Below are positions 9,263-21,200 of a DNA stretch of 64,000 nucleotides, piece by piece. Origin of the DNA: an uncultured Spirochaetota bacterium. Lineage in GTDB: Bacteria > Spirochaetota > UBA4802 > UBA5550. The position numbers and the translations under genes were made by a program. Positions within the stretch are counted from its first letter, which is position 1, and every line of letters begins with the position of its first letter. The DNA lies in the NCBI GenBank assembly GCA_963827275.1, contig CAWHAA010000004.1:32001-96000 (forward strand), given 5' to 3'. The notes under the pieces were generated by a model. That model saw nothing but the letters and a program-made list of their open reading frames with translations, had not been told where the DNA came from and made no database searches.

Positions 9263-10087
9263 TCACTTCGCGGCGTCCTGTGCCTGGGGCAGTTTCAGCT
9301 TTTGGCCCGGAAATATCAGGGTCGGGCTTTGTATGATGTCCCGGTTGGCGTTGAATATGTCTATCCATCTTTTTGAATCGCCCAGCTTTTTTTCGCTTAT
9401 TGTCACCAGGTCATCTTTCACCTGGACGATGTAAACGTCGCCTTCTTCCACTGGCACGGCGGGCTTCTGTTCGACAGCGGGCGCTGCCGCAGGCTGTTTC
9501 ATCTCAGGCAGTGTCTCTTCAGGGACGCCGGCCTGCTCCTGCTGGGGCGCCACTGACGGACAGAACCTTCCTTTTACCTGTTCCCTGCAGGTAGGCGATA
9601 CAACCATGGCGATTATAAGGAGTATGGCTATGATGAGGATACCGAGGAGTATCCTCATCATCAGGCTCATTGTGCCGGAGGGCTTTTCCGGCCTTTTTGA
9701 CGGCTGAGGTACCGCAGCGCCGCCCGCGTATTGTTCCTCGCGGAAAGGGGCAGCGGCGGGTTTGCTAACAGCACCTGCTATTTTTTTTTTTGGTGCGGCC
9801 TTTTTTATGGTTTTTGCGCCGGTGCTTTTTTTAGCGGCCCATGTTCGTATTTCAGTGCGGAACCATTTGTCGGATTCCGGCGTGAAATCGAATTTATCGC
9901 GGACATACTGCATGGTCCTCTTTTCAACATCTGTATACCCGCTGGAGTCCTTGACCATGCCGAGTATTTTTTTCGCGTCGCTCAACGATATGCGTCCGTC
10001 GCCCCGTCCCTTGACGGCCTTTTCGGCGGCAGTGAGGATGTCTTTATCGTAATTTTTCCCCTTGATTTTCCTGTAATATGTTGCCAT
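9263..10087 (-). CDS. Single-pass membrane protein with an N-terminal EF-hand-like domain and a C-terminal LysM domain
   Basis: N-terminal GRGDGRISLSDA; Lys/Ala linker; TM ILLGILIIAILLIIAMVV; LysM YIVQVKDDLVTIS...IFPGQKLKLP. Confidence 0.8.
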   Translation of the reverse strand: MATYYRKIKGKNYDKDILTAAEKAVKGRGDGRISLSDAKKILGMVKDSSGYTDVEKRTMQYVRDKFDFTPESDKWFRTEIRTWAAKKSTGAKTIKKAAPKKKIAGAVSKPAAAPFREEQYAGGAAVPQPSKRPEKPSGTMSLMMRILLGILIIAILLIIAMVVSPTCREQVKGRFCPSVAPQQEQAGVPEETLPEMKQPAAAPAVEQKPAVPVEEGDVYIVQVKDDLVTISEKKLGDSKRWIDIFNANRDIIQSPTLIFPGQKLKLPQAQDAAK

Positions 10088-10165
10088 TATAAAACCCCCT
10101 GGTTTGATTTCCGCTTTGCCGGAGATGATGCGGCCGCTTGAGCGGAATAATTTTCTCTATTAAAG

Positions 10166-10194
10166 TTTCTATCAGAAACTCATTAAAATGTCAA
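10166..10194 (-). promoter_or_regulatory. Putative sigma70 promoter for the LysM gene
   Basis: Minus strand TTGACA-N17-TAGAAA in an AT-rich intergenic region. Confidence 0.45.
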
Positions 10195-10329
10195 GGACTT
10201 ATAGAATAAAAAAGGATGAAACCGGTAGTGCCCCGTGACAAAGTGTGCTGCCGCGCGCCCCTCCTGTAAGAATGATGTCCCGCTGCAGTATGCGGAGCTG
10301 TGGAATCTGCCTTCGGTGAGATTCAAAAC

Positions 10330-10358
10330 TTGACTTTTCCGGGATAGTGCGCCATACT
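10330..10358 (+). promoter_or_regulatory. Putative sigma70 promoter for the GNAT gene
   Basis: TTGACT-N17-CATACT, 30 nt before ATG 10389. Confidence 0.4.
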
Positions 10359-10388
10359 TGGCACGCTCTGCATTGACAGCATACCGCA

Positions 10389-10874
10389 ATGGAAATAAAA
10401 CCGCTGCATCTGGCGCCCGAGCTGGGCCCCGTCCTGGCGCGATGGTCCTACAACGAATGGTACCGGCACCGTTCCATGGACTACAGCCTTGTGCTGCACG
10501 CCTTTCTCGCACGCACGAAGGACGATTCGCTGCCGCAGAGCTTCGTGGCAATGGCGGAGGGGCGTCCCGCCGGCATGGTGACCCTGAAACTGGACGACCT
10601 CTGGTCGAGAAAAGACCTCAACCCGTGGCTCTCCTCGCTTTACGTGGTGCCTGAATGCCGCAACCGCGGCACGGGGCATGCCCTGGTGCGGGCGGTCATT
10701 GCGCGCGCGCGTGAGCTCGGGTTTTTCAGCGTGAACCTGTTTCTCGGGCAGTCGGGGATGGAATATCTCGGGCGATACTACGCCAAGCGCGGGTGGGAGT
10801 TCATTGGCGAGGCCCGGGACAACGACGGGATCGATACGAAGATCATGACGTTCCGCCTGGTCCCGCCGCGATAG
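10389..10874 (+). CDS. GNAT family N-acetyltransferase
   Basis: WLSSLYVVPECRNRGTGHAL acetyl-CoA motif; YYAKRGW. Confidence 0.9.
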   Translation: MEIKPLHLAPELGPVLARWSYNEWYRHRSMDYSLVLHAFLARTKDDSLPQSFVAMAEGRPAGMVTLKLDDLWSRKDLNPWLSSLYVVPECRNRGTGHALVRAVIARARELGFFSVNLFLGQSGMEYLGRYYAKRGWEFIGEARDNDGIDTKIMTFRLVPPR

Positions 10875-10895
10875 GGCCCCGCTGCGCGGGTCCCG

Positions 10896-12239
10896 CTATG
10901 CCATCCGGTATTTCTTTTCCCTGAAAATTTTAATGCATATTTTCACGATCTCCCTGTCGAAAAGCACGCCCATCTTGGCGGTGATCTCGGAGAGCGCGGC
11001 GTCGATCCCGAGGGCGGCGCGGTACGGCCTGTCCGAGGCCATGGCTTCCACCACGTCCGCGACGCAGAGGATGCGGGCCCCCAGGAGGATGTGGTCGCCG
11101 ACAAGACCGCGGGGATAGCCGGACCCGTTCACCCACTCGTGGTGCTGGTACACCATCTCGGCCAGGGGCCAGGGGAATTCGATCGTTTTCAGTATGTCAA
11201 AGCCGATCTGCGGGTGTGTCTGTATAAGCTCGAATTCGATCGAGGACAGCCTTCCCGGCTTGCTTAATATCTCCGTCGGGATGCATATCTTGCCAAGGTC
11301 GTGGATGGTGCCGGCCATGAATATCCCTTCCACCTGCTGCTCCGGGAGGCCCATCTCGGTCGCGATGGCCCTGGCGATGTCCGCGACCTTGCGCTGGTGG
11401 CCGGCGGTGTAGGGGTCCCGCGTTTCAAGGGTCTGCGCCATTGCCTGGATGACGCCGCTGATCGATTTCTTGATCTGGAGGTAGCTCTCTTTCAGCTTGG
11501 TCTCCGACCTGACCCGCTCCGTGTCGTCCCGGAGGATGATGACGGACCCTGATTTCTCGCCGTTGATGTCGCTGATGGGGGACAGGCTGAAGTCGATCGG
11601 CACGTGTTTGCCGCTCGGCGAAACGAAGTAGTTGTAATGAATGGTATCCGGGCCCGTGATCATGTTGTCGTGGAGGCCGTTGTACTTTATGTTCATGACC
11701 TCGGTGAATTTTTTCCCGATAAGCCTGTCGATGGTGAGCTCGGTTATCTTCTCCGCGATCGGGTTGATATAGGTGATCTGGTCTGCGGAATCCATGACGA
11801 ACACGGCGTCGCCGATGCTGTTGAGTATGGTGAAGAACCTGAGCTCGCTTTCCTTGAGGCGGTCTTCCATTTCATGGCGGAGGATAGCCAGGTCGATGGC
11901 GGATTTTAATTCCTTTTTATCCACCGGTTTGACGATGAACCCGGCAGGGTTGGTCGTAAGCGCCCGCTTCAGCGTGGCGTCGTCGGAGGCTGACGTTATG
12001 TAAATGACCGGTACGCTGCTGGTTTCGTTTATCTGCCGCGCCGCGTCGATGCCGTCGATTTTTCCCCCCAGCACGATGTCCATGATGATAAGATCGGGTC
12101 CGGCGTGCAGCGCTTCACGGATCGCTTCTTCGCCGGTGGGAACTGATGTGATGACGGAGTGCCCCATTTCGCCGATAAATCTTTTCAGGATCAGGATCGT
12201 TGTCTTCTCGTCCTCGACGAGCAGAATTTTTTTCCCCAT
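10896..12239 (-). CDS. REC-PAS-HD-GYP response regulator / cyclic-di-GMP phosphodiesterase
   Basis: LLVEDE..IIMD..VKP receiver; PAS/PAC; YTAGHQ, HDLGK, HHEWVNGSGYP, RPYR. Confidence 0.9.
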   Translation of the reverse strand: MGKKILLVEDEKTTILILKRFIGEMGHSVITSVPTGEEAIREALHAGPDLIIMDIVLGGKIDGIDAARQINETSSVPVIYITSASDDATLKRALTTNPAGFIVKPVDKKELKSAIDLAILRHEMEDRLKESELRFFTILNSIGDAVFVMDSADQITYINPIAEKITELTIDRLIGKKFTEVMNIKYNGLHDNMITGPDTIHYNYFVSPSGKHVPIDFSLSPISDINGEKSGSVIILRDDTERVRSETKLKESYLQIKKSISGVIQAMAQTLETRDPYTAGHQRKVADIARAIATEMGLPEQQVEGIFMAGTIHDLGKICIPTEILSKPGRLSSIEFELIQTHPQIGFDILKTIEFPWPLAEMVYQHHEWVNGSGYPRGLVGDHILLGARILCVADVVEAMASDRPYRAALGIDAALSEITAKMGVLFDREIVKICIKIFREKKYRMA

Positions 12240-12646
12240 TGGCCGTCCCTTGTAAACAGTATCCCGCTGGCGTGCGCTGGTATCCGCCTCCCGGAAAAGT
12301 AGGCGACATACTATGCATGATAGCTAGAGCATGTGCCAAAGGTGGCATATTTATAAAAAAAATTCCAGTAATTATTCATCATATTTCAAAATTGGGAAAA
12401 CCGCCCGATGCCCGGGTAGTATGGCGGCATATGGAACCGGCCGGACAGCCGGGAAAATTTTATATAAGGTGGAAATGGAAATATTATTGAAAACTTTATG
12501 GACAAAAAAAATACTGAGATATTTATGGGCATAAATCTGGAATTGCTTATTTTACAGGCAATAGCACATTAATTTTTTTCAAAAGGGCGCATACAGGCTG
12601 TACTTCCCCTTTACAATGCCGACGTGACTACGAGGAGGAATATCCC

Positions 12647-15600
12647 ATGCAAAGTCTTGGTGTCAATATAGGGTCTTCAAGCATTAAAGCCGTGCTCCTT
12701 GAGGACGGGCGTATACTGTGGACAACAAACGTGGCCCACGAGGGTAATTTTATCGAAACCCTGAGGGGCGTCCTCATGGATAAAAATCTGCCGGCCGGGG
12801 TCCCCTCCCTTGTCACCGGCACGGAAGGCCGCTACCTCCTGAACATGAACAACGTGGTGGAATCGATCTGCATAGAGGAGGCCCTGAAGCGGCTCAATCT
12901 CAAGGTCGATGCCGTCGTGTCTCTGGGCGGTGAAAATTTTGTCGTTTACACGATCGATGAAAACGGCAGGATCATCACCAGCTTCGCGGGGAACAAGTGC
13001 GCGTCGGGCACCGGCGAGTTTTTCAAGCAGCAGCTCGGCAGGATGGACCTCCGGCTCGGCGATGTTGACCGCCTGCCCGAAACGGCGAAGGTGTGCCACA
13101 TGTCATCGCGGTGCTCGGTCTTCATGAAGAGCGACTGTACCCACAAGCTCAACAAGGGGGAGGCCACCAAGGCCGATATCGTGCTCTCCCTCTCGGACGT
13201 CATGGCCACCAAGGTGACCGATTTCCTCAAGCGCGCGCGGATCAGGAGCGGCAGGGTACTCCTTGCCGGCGGCGTTACCCGGAACAGGTACATCATCCGG
13301 TTCGTGCAGGAAAAGCTGCCCGACATCGAGTTCCTCGTACCGGAGGAGGCGTCCTTTTTCGAGGCTTACGGGGCGGCCAGCCTGGCCGGTTCCTCGGGGA
13401 GCCCGTTTCCCGGGCTCGGTTCCCTGTTCAAGCCGCAGAAGATAGAGTTCCCACGCTACCAGGGCCTGGAGAGCGCCGCGGGCAGGGTGAATTACCTGAA
13501 GGCAAAGCGGGGCGTCGCGAAGCCGGGCGGCGAGTACATACTCGGCGTGGACGGCGGCTCCACCACCACCAAGGTGGCCCTTATCGACATCGATACCGAC
13601 GAAATCGTGGCCTCCCACTACGGCCGGACCCACGGGGACCCGGTGAACGCCCTGAAAGAGTGCCTGGTGGAGGTGAAAAAGCAGCTCGCGCAGCAGATCG
13701 GCGACGCGAAGATCAACATTACCCTCGCTTCAACCACCGGTTCGTCGCGGGAGATACTGGGCGTCTTCCTCGAAACGCCGGCCGTGTACAACGAGATCAT
13801 CGCCCACGCGGTGGGCACCACCTACTTCAAGCCGGACATCGACACCATATTCGAGATCGGCGGCCAGGACGCGAAGTACGCGCTCTTGAAAAATAAGGTC
13901 CCCATCGACTACGCCATGAACGAGGCCTGCTCGGCGGGCACCGGCTCCTTCCTCGAGGAATCGGCCTCCGGAGACCTCAATATCACCGACGTGCGCGACA
14001 TCGGCGACATCGCCGTCCGCGCGAAGGGCCCGCTTAAGTTCGGCGAGCAGTGCTCGGCCTTCATCAATTCCGACATCCGCAAGGCGATCCAGCTCGGGGC
14101 GTCCCGCGAGGACATCACCGCGGGCATCATCACCTCGATCGTTTCCAATTACCTGAACCGGGTGGTGGGCAACCGCACCATCGGGAACAATATCGTCCTC
14201 CAGGGCGGCGTCGCGCTGAACAAGGCGGTCCCCCTGGCCTTCGCCATGCTCACTGGACAAGAACATCACCATACCCCCCGATCCCGAGCTCCTTGGCTGC
14301 TTCGGCGTCGGGATACTGGCAAAGCAGAAGCTGCATGACGGGATTATTGAGAAGGGCCGCTATGACATGGACGAGATCCTCGGCACGAAGATCGTGTACG
14401 AGCGCGAGTTCACCTGCAAGGCGTGCGACAACGAGTGCCCGATACGCGTCCTGAACGTGAACGGCCACAAGTACATGTTCGGCGGCCGCTGCAACAAGTA
14501 CGCCAACATGCGGAAGAAGAAAAAGATCGATGAATCGACGGTATACAACTACATAGAAAAGCGCGAACAGCTCATGTTCGTTGAGAGCGCGCCGCCGAAG
14601 GAAGAATTCGTCAAAAAGCGCGATTTCACGGTCGGAGTGCCCAAGGCCTTTTCCGTCTATACGCTGTGGCCCCTCTACTCCTGGTTTTTCCATACGCTGG
14701 GGATCGAGGTGCGGCTGTCCGAGGAGATATCCCATGACGGCGTGGCCCGCACCGAGGGCTCGTACTGCTTCCCGGCGGAGATCGCGCACGGGGCGGTCCA
14801 GGACATCCTGGACGCGGGCCTGGATTACATATTCGTCCCCCATTTCAGGGACCTGGAGAGCTACGTCGACGACGTGCATGCCAACTTCTGTCCCATCACG
14901 CAGTCGCTGCCCTATTATATCATGAAGGCCTTCCCGGAAATCGACGAGCAAAAGATTCCTCGCGCCGATCGTGAGCTTCAAGTTCGGCATCGAGAAGGCC
15001 GTGGAGGGATTCATCGGCATGGGCGAAGCTCTGGGCATTCCCGAACGCGAGGTGCGGCAGGCCTTCGACGTCGGCTGCGACAAACAGGAAGAATTCTGGA
15101 ACAGGTACCGGGAGATGGGCAGGGAGGCGTTTGAGATGGCGCGGGCCGCCGACCACCCGGTCATCGCCGTCCTGGGAAGGCCCTATAACGCCTTTACCCG
15201 CGACGCCAACATGGGCATTCCCCTGAAGTTCACGACCCGCGGGTATTCCGTCATTCCCTTTGACATGCTTCCCTTTGAGCAGGCGCAGATCTTTGACAAC
15301 ATGTACTGGTACTACGGCCAGCAGGACATGAAGGCGAGCGTGCTTTTAAAGGACGAGCCGAATATCTTCGTGACTTATATTACCAACTTTTCCTGCGCGC
15401 CCGACTCGTTCATGCTCCATTACGTGAAGTGGATCATGGGCACCAAGCCGTTCCTGGTCCTGGAGCTGGATTCCCATTCGGCCGATGCCGGGGTCGACAC
15501 CAGGGTCGAGGCCTTCCTGGACATCATCGAGGGGTACCGGTCCAAGCTCGACCAGATCCGCGAGGAGCGCTACGACAACGGCCTGCGCTTCATCAACAAC

Positions 15601-16962
15601 GGCGTGGATCCGCTCCACCTGATGGACATAAAGAACAACCGGAAGATAGAGATCTTCGGCAACAAGCGGGTGAAGATGCTCCTCTCGAACATGGGCCGCC
15701 TCTCCACGGAGCTTCTGTCGGCGTCGCTCAGGGCCGCGGGCATCACCGCGGAGGCCATGCCGCTGCCCGATACCTACACGCTGCAGATGGCGCGCAACCA
15801 CATGTCCGGCAAGGAATGTCTTCCTTCGCAGCTGGTGCTGGGGGCCGCCCTCCGTTATTTTTCCTCGGACAAGTACAACAGGGACGATATATATTGCCTC
15901 TTTGTGCCCACCACCACCGGGCCGTGCCGCACCGGCCAGTATTTCGTCTTTTACGAGAATTTGTTCAAGGACATGCGGCTTGACAACGTCGTGGTGGTGA
16001 CCCTGGATTCGGACAATTCCTACAACGAGCTGGGACCGCATTTCAGCAAGAGCGCCTGGTGGGGCCTCGTGGTCGCCGATTACATGAAGGACATCGAGAC
16101 GTCGCTCCGCACCTGCGCCGTCGATCCCGTCACGGCCATCGCCAAGTACGACGAGCTGTGGCAGGAGCTGATCGACGTCACCGAGAAGGACATCGACCAG
16201 GTGGTCCCCAGCCTTGCGCGGATCGCCGCGGAGATCGCGAAGATCCCGCTGAGGCGCAGGGTCGAGGACACGCCCAAGGTCCTGATCGTGGGCGAGATAT
16301 TCGTGCGGCGGGACGATTTCGCCGTGGACGAGCTGATCCGCATGTTCAGCGCCCGCGGCATCATCGCCAAGGTGTCGGGCATCACCGAGTGGATATATTA
16401 CTGCGACTACACGAGGAAGCACGACATCCAGAAGCGGCTCGGGCTCCTGCCCTGGTATAAAAAGCCTTTTTCGAAGGAGCTGCGCGAACTCATCATGTGG
16501 AAGCTGGAGGAAAAGTACAAGCACAGCGTCGAGCACAAGGTCAAGAAGGCCCTCGGCGTGACCGGCCTTCTCCCGAAAACGCCGCATGACATGGAGCAGA
16601 TCATGGACAACGCCGGGAAGCATTTCGTGAGCGACGAGCTGTATTCTGAAATTTCAATATCGAGCGGCGTCGCGGCAACGGCCATGATGGATGATTTTTC
16701 CGGCATCGTGAACATTTCGCCGTTCGCGTGCCTGATCGGCAGGGTCATCGAGGGGCTCATCACCCCCTGGTCGCGCGAGCGCCGGTTCCCGGTCATCTCG
16801 GTGGAGATCGACGGCGATATCCTTCCCCCGGGGATCGTGAACAAGCTGGAGATATTCATGCTGAACGTGCTGCGGTTCCGGCATAACCCGGACGTGTCGG
16901 ACCTCGTGGACCGCGAGGGTGAGGAGGCGGTTACGCTGGACCGCAAGATCAAGAAGGCATAG
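12647..16962 (+). CDS. Fused CoA-substrate activase (two BcrAD/BadFG domains) + DUF2229 + HgdD-like reductase, PlsA/Ger ether-lipid synthase architecture; ~1437 aa after correcting two +1 frameshifts (~14252, ~14950-14955)
   Basis: GVNIGSSSIK, NKCASGTG, RCSVF; GVDGGSTTTK, EIGGQDAK, NEACSAGTGSF, QCSAF; CKACDNEC..GGRC; YCFPAEIAHG, GRPYN, NFSCAPDS, DSHSADAG; KECLP, GPCRTGQY, VGEIFVR, PFAC. The three track ORFs join seamlessly. Confidence 0.85.
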
Positions 16963-16991
16963 CGCAATAACTCTGGAGTTTCGTCTCAATC

Positions 16992-17028
16992 GAAAAACCC
17001 GGCGCGCCAGCGGCGGGTTTTCCTTTTT
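16992..17028. terminator. Bidirectional intrinsic terminator between convergent genes
   Basis: AAAACCCG-gCGC-GCCA-GCGg-CGGGTTTT hairpin with A and T tails. Confidence 0.6.
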
Positions 17029-17039
17029 CCGGAGAAGGC

Positions 17040-18098
17040 TTATTTAATCAGCTCCACTATTTTTTTTACGTCCTGAGAGGAATCCTTGTTGATCACCAGT
17101 ATCTCGTTGCCCGCCTCGACGACGACGATATTGGAAAGGCCGACGACGCTGACGCGCTTGCTTTCGGTGAACACCGAGCAGTTGTCCGAGTTGAGGAAAA
17201 TCGCCCGGTCTTTTTCCGGCGACCGGTTGCTGCTGGCGTCGGCAGGCAGTATCTCGTCGATCGATTTCCAGCTGCCGAGGTCGGTCCAGCCGAAATCGCC
17301 CGGGATCACCACCCTGTTTTCAGCGCGCTCCATGATCCCGTAATCAATGGAGACCGCTTCTACCGTGTCGAAGATTGTTTTCTTGATTTCCCACGACCGG
17401 CCGTCGTTGGATGCGATCTCCTCCGGGGCCAGGGCCGCCAGCGGCCTGAAGGCCTCGACGAGGGCCGGGAGGAGCGTGCGGTACTGCCGCAGTATCACCG
17501 ATGTCTTCCAGACGAATATTCCGCTGTTCCAGAAGTATTTTCCCGACTCGAAATAGCGCCGCGCCCGCTCGATGTCCGGCTTTTCAACAAAGGTATCGAT
17601 CGGCAGGACCGGCCCGTCGCCGTCCTTCGCCTTGATATACCCGTACCCGGTTTCCGGGTACGTCGGTTTGATGCCGATGGTGACGAGGCGGTCGGCCTCG
17701 GATTCGCGAATGCCCGTGCGGAGTATGCGGGTGAACCCGTCCCTGTCCAGAATATGGTGGTCGGCGGGGAGCGATATCATGATGGAATCTTCAAAACGCT
17801 TCTCGAGGTAGAGGGCGGCGTAGTAGAGCGCGGCCGCCGTGTTGCGCGGCCGTGGCTCGGAAAGGACGATCCCGTTCAGCCCTGACTTCCGGATCTCTTC
17901 CCGCGAGAGGTGCTCATGCTTCTTGGAGGTGACGATGATGACCTGTTCGGGGTCGAGCGGCAGCATCCTCTTGATGGTCTCCTGGAGGAGGGTCCCCTGC
18001 CCCGAGAGGTTGTGAAACTGCTTGGGCTTGTCGTCCCGCGAAAGGGGCCAGAGCCTGGTCCCCGCCCCGCCCGCCATGATAACCGGTATTAATTTCAT
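17040..18098 (-). CDS. manC: Mannose-1-phosphate guanylyltransferase
   Basis: IMAGGAGTRLWPLSR..PKQF, EPRPRNTA, PADH, ETGYGYI, FVEKP, WNSGIF, WTDLGSW. Confidence 0.92.
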   Translation of the reverse strand: MKLIPVIMAGGAGTRLWPLSRDDKPKQFHNLSGQGTLLQETIKRMLPLDPEQVIIVTSKKHEHLSREEIRKSGLNGIVLSEPRPRNTAAALYYAALYLEKRFEDSIMISLPADHHILDRDGFTRILRTGIRESEADRLVTIGIKPTYPETGYGYIKAKDGDGPVLPIDTFVEKPDIERARRYFESGKYFWNSGIFVWKTSVILRQYRTLLPALVEAFRPLAALAPEEIASNDGRSWEIKKTIFDTVEAVSIDYGIMERAENRVVIPGDFGWTDLGSWKSIDEILPADASSNRSPEKDRAIFLNSDNCSVFTESKRVSVVGLSNIVVVEAGNEILVINKDSSQDVKKIVELIK

Positions 18099-18283
18099 TA
18101 TCGAATCCAGAAAAATTTATTTTTGCACATAGAATATGACTTTTTTGGAGATATATCTGTCAACTATTATTCGGGAGGGGCAGAAGAGCGGAAGGCCGGA
18201 ATCGTTATACATTAAATCATGATATGTGACGATAAATATACCGGGGCGGACGGTCCCGGTCTTTTTTTTATTGCAATTATCAG

Positions 18284-21200
18284 ATGAACATGGGTACCCT
18301 ATACCCGACTGCGCGGACCGGCGCGGGAGGGTGGACGGTCTCGACACTACCGGAGTACGAGGAACGCGAATTGGCCGAGGAAAAAAGTTTCTTACAAACC
18401 ATCAAGCTCGAGATCAGCAGGAGCTTCAAACTGGTCCCGTACGAGCGGCTCGCCTTTCACAAGGTGCTCGCGATTCTGAAATCGGATATCGGGAAGAGCA
18501 TCCTGATAAAGGAGATGGAGAAGGGCCCTGACATCAGGTACAGCGCCATTGCCTCGCTTGCCGCCTTCGAGTATCCGGACGCGACGTCCGCGCTCGTATC
18601 ACAGCTCAACAAGAACATCTCGGAGCAGGAGCAGGTCATGATCCTCGGTCACCTGATGCGGCACGGTGCGCCCGGGAACACGGCCGACTTAATCGGGTTC
18701 ATCGAGAAGGGCCAGGAACGCCAGGCGTCGCCGGTGGTCATGGCCTCGGCGTTTAATGTCCTGAAAAAGATCGGGGCCGGGTCGGGGGAGGTGCTCTCGT
18801 TCCTGGTAGCGAAAATAAACGCCGAGCGTCCCGACCCGCTGATACGGTCGATGGCGATAGAGGCGCTGTCCTCCTTTAAATCGATATCCCAGTTCGAGGC
18901 CATCCTGAAAAAAGGGGACGAGGCCTACTGCTACGCCGCCTACCGCGCGATCTACGAGCTCGCATCTGACATGGCGGACAAGGCGCGCCTCATGAAGACC
19001 GATGATGACCGCCTCTACACCTATTCGCCCGACAGCGAGGACAAGATCGTCCTCGAGATACGGGTCCTGCTGGGGAAGATGACCCATGAATTTGACGGGT
19101 ATTCCGGCAGGGTGAAGGTCGCCTTTATCAGCGCGATGATCGCGTGCAACCACCGCGAATACCTCATCTACACGATGAAGGCCCTCACGTCGGACGATGA
19201 CGACCTGGTGAGTATGACACTCTATTCCCTTTATCAGAACGTGGAGCGCCTGCGTGACCCGGACAAGCTGTTCCGGAACCTGATCGCGATATCGACCGAG
19301 ATCGACCGCTTCAACGAAATGATCGTGGACATATTCGTACGCTACTTTGCCATGCCCGTCGATACCCGGTCATTCAACCTGCTGAAAGACAAGCTGTACA
19401 ACTATATCGTCGTGACCCTTGAAACATATTTTGAGACGTACCGGAAAGAATTCATGATAACCGACGTCATCGAAAAAGGGCTCCCGGAGAGCTTCCAGCG
19501 CATCAGGAGGTTCATCCTGCATTACTGCTCGCCCGAGCTCAAAAAGGAGATCACCACGTACCTCCGCAATGAGGATCCCTCGCTGATCAAGCATATCATC
19601 GGGAGCATGGCAAAGCGGATCCCCTATGTCGAGGGGACGAGCACCGAAGACATGGCGCTCCTCATGGAAGCGCTGCTTGACAGGGACCGGAAGTCGCGGG
19701 AAAACTCGGCCTCGCGCCTGGAGGACCTCAATTTCGAGAAGCTCTACCTGAGGAACCGCATCGTAAGGCTTTGCAGGATAATCGGGAGGCTGCGGATCGA
19801 CGAGGCCTCGTCGGTGCTCGTCAATATCTACAACTATCTGAAAAAGTATACCGACAGGGACATCTTCGACGCCGCAGTGCTCACCCTGTCGACGTTGAAT
19901 TACTCCTACATGCTCGGCGAGATCGAGGTCATGATGACCGCCGGGACCCCCGATGACCGGAAAAACGCGCTGCGGCTCCTTTCGCTCTTCACCGAGCAGC
20001 GCTCCCTGAACATGATCCTCGAGTTCATTAAAAACCATATCACCGAGCAGTCGGAGATCATGCAATCTGCGCTCACCACGCTGCTGGAGCGCGATATCAG
20101 CGGGAACATCACCGCCGCCCAGATCTTCAAGGGAATCATCGGGTCGAACCAGAGCCTGGCGATACGGAGCCTTGCCGTTCTCGGCATCGGCCGATGCGGC
20201 TTCGACGCCGACATCGAGTACCTCGACGGGCTCTTTTACAAGGCAGGGCAGGACGTCTCGAAGGACATTATCGTGCGCTCCATCGTAGCCATCGTGACCC
20301 ACAGCACGACGTATAACAAGCGCCAGCTCATGCGCTTCCTCCAGGAGTATCTGAAAGATCCGGGCATCAAGGTCAGGATCTACTCGTGCCTGGTCCTCGC
20401 ACAGCTGGGAAGCAAGGAAGCCATCCGTTCGATCCGGGACATGCTGGTCATAAAGAACAAGGGCATACAGAGGGACATCCTGACGATACTGGGGGACCTC
20501 AGGTCGATTGAATTTTCATTCTTCCTGCTCTCCCTCCTCAAGGAGGAATACGGCATATCCAAGGACATTATCCCGGTCATGGAAAAACTTCCGGTTGAGG
20601 AGATGAAGGAAATCGACGGCTTCGTCGTGAACATCTTCCGCAAGTACGAGGCGCCGGTCGTTGAAGGGATCCAGTCGCAGACGGCCGAGCCGAGGATGCA
20701 GTCGATTGAAGGGTTGAAGAAGGAGCGGGTGACCATCCTGAGGATCGCCGTCACCGAACGGCACGGCCAGGATGACGAGCTGACCGTCGACGATCTCATA
20801 AAGCTCAACCTCAGGATCAGGCTGCTCATCGCCGTGACAATACAGGAAAAGGGCGGGACAATAACAAAGATGTCGAACACGGACATCGTGGCTTTTTTTA
20901 CCGGCGCCCGGCAGGCGGCGGATGCCGCGTACCGGATCGAGCAGAACATCATCGCCTATAATGCGCTGAGGACCGTGGACAGGAACATACATCTCTACCT
21001 GCAGCTCTTCACCGAGACCGTTAAGATTATCAATGACGAGATTATCGAGTTCCCGCTCCACCTGGGAGAAGCGTTCGGCAGGCTCCCCGTCCGGAACAGG
21101 GTCCTGACCGACCGCGCCACCATGGAGCTCCTGTCAGACGGCTACAGCCTGCGGGAGATCCCCCAGATCGTGCTGTCATACAACGGGTTCGCGGTGCAGT

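Noticed and set aside
12320..12340. Possible sigma54 promoter (TGGCAC on the minus strand) upstream of the HD-GYP gene; similar TGGCAC near 10359 and 32827
   Set aside because: The GG-N10-GC spacing is not met in any case.
14367..15134. Separate 255-aa gene, and separate genes at 14971-16962 and 40318-40638
   Set aside because: They are frameshifted continuations of larger genes; the protein sequence runs across the junctions.
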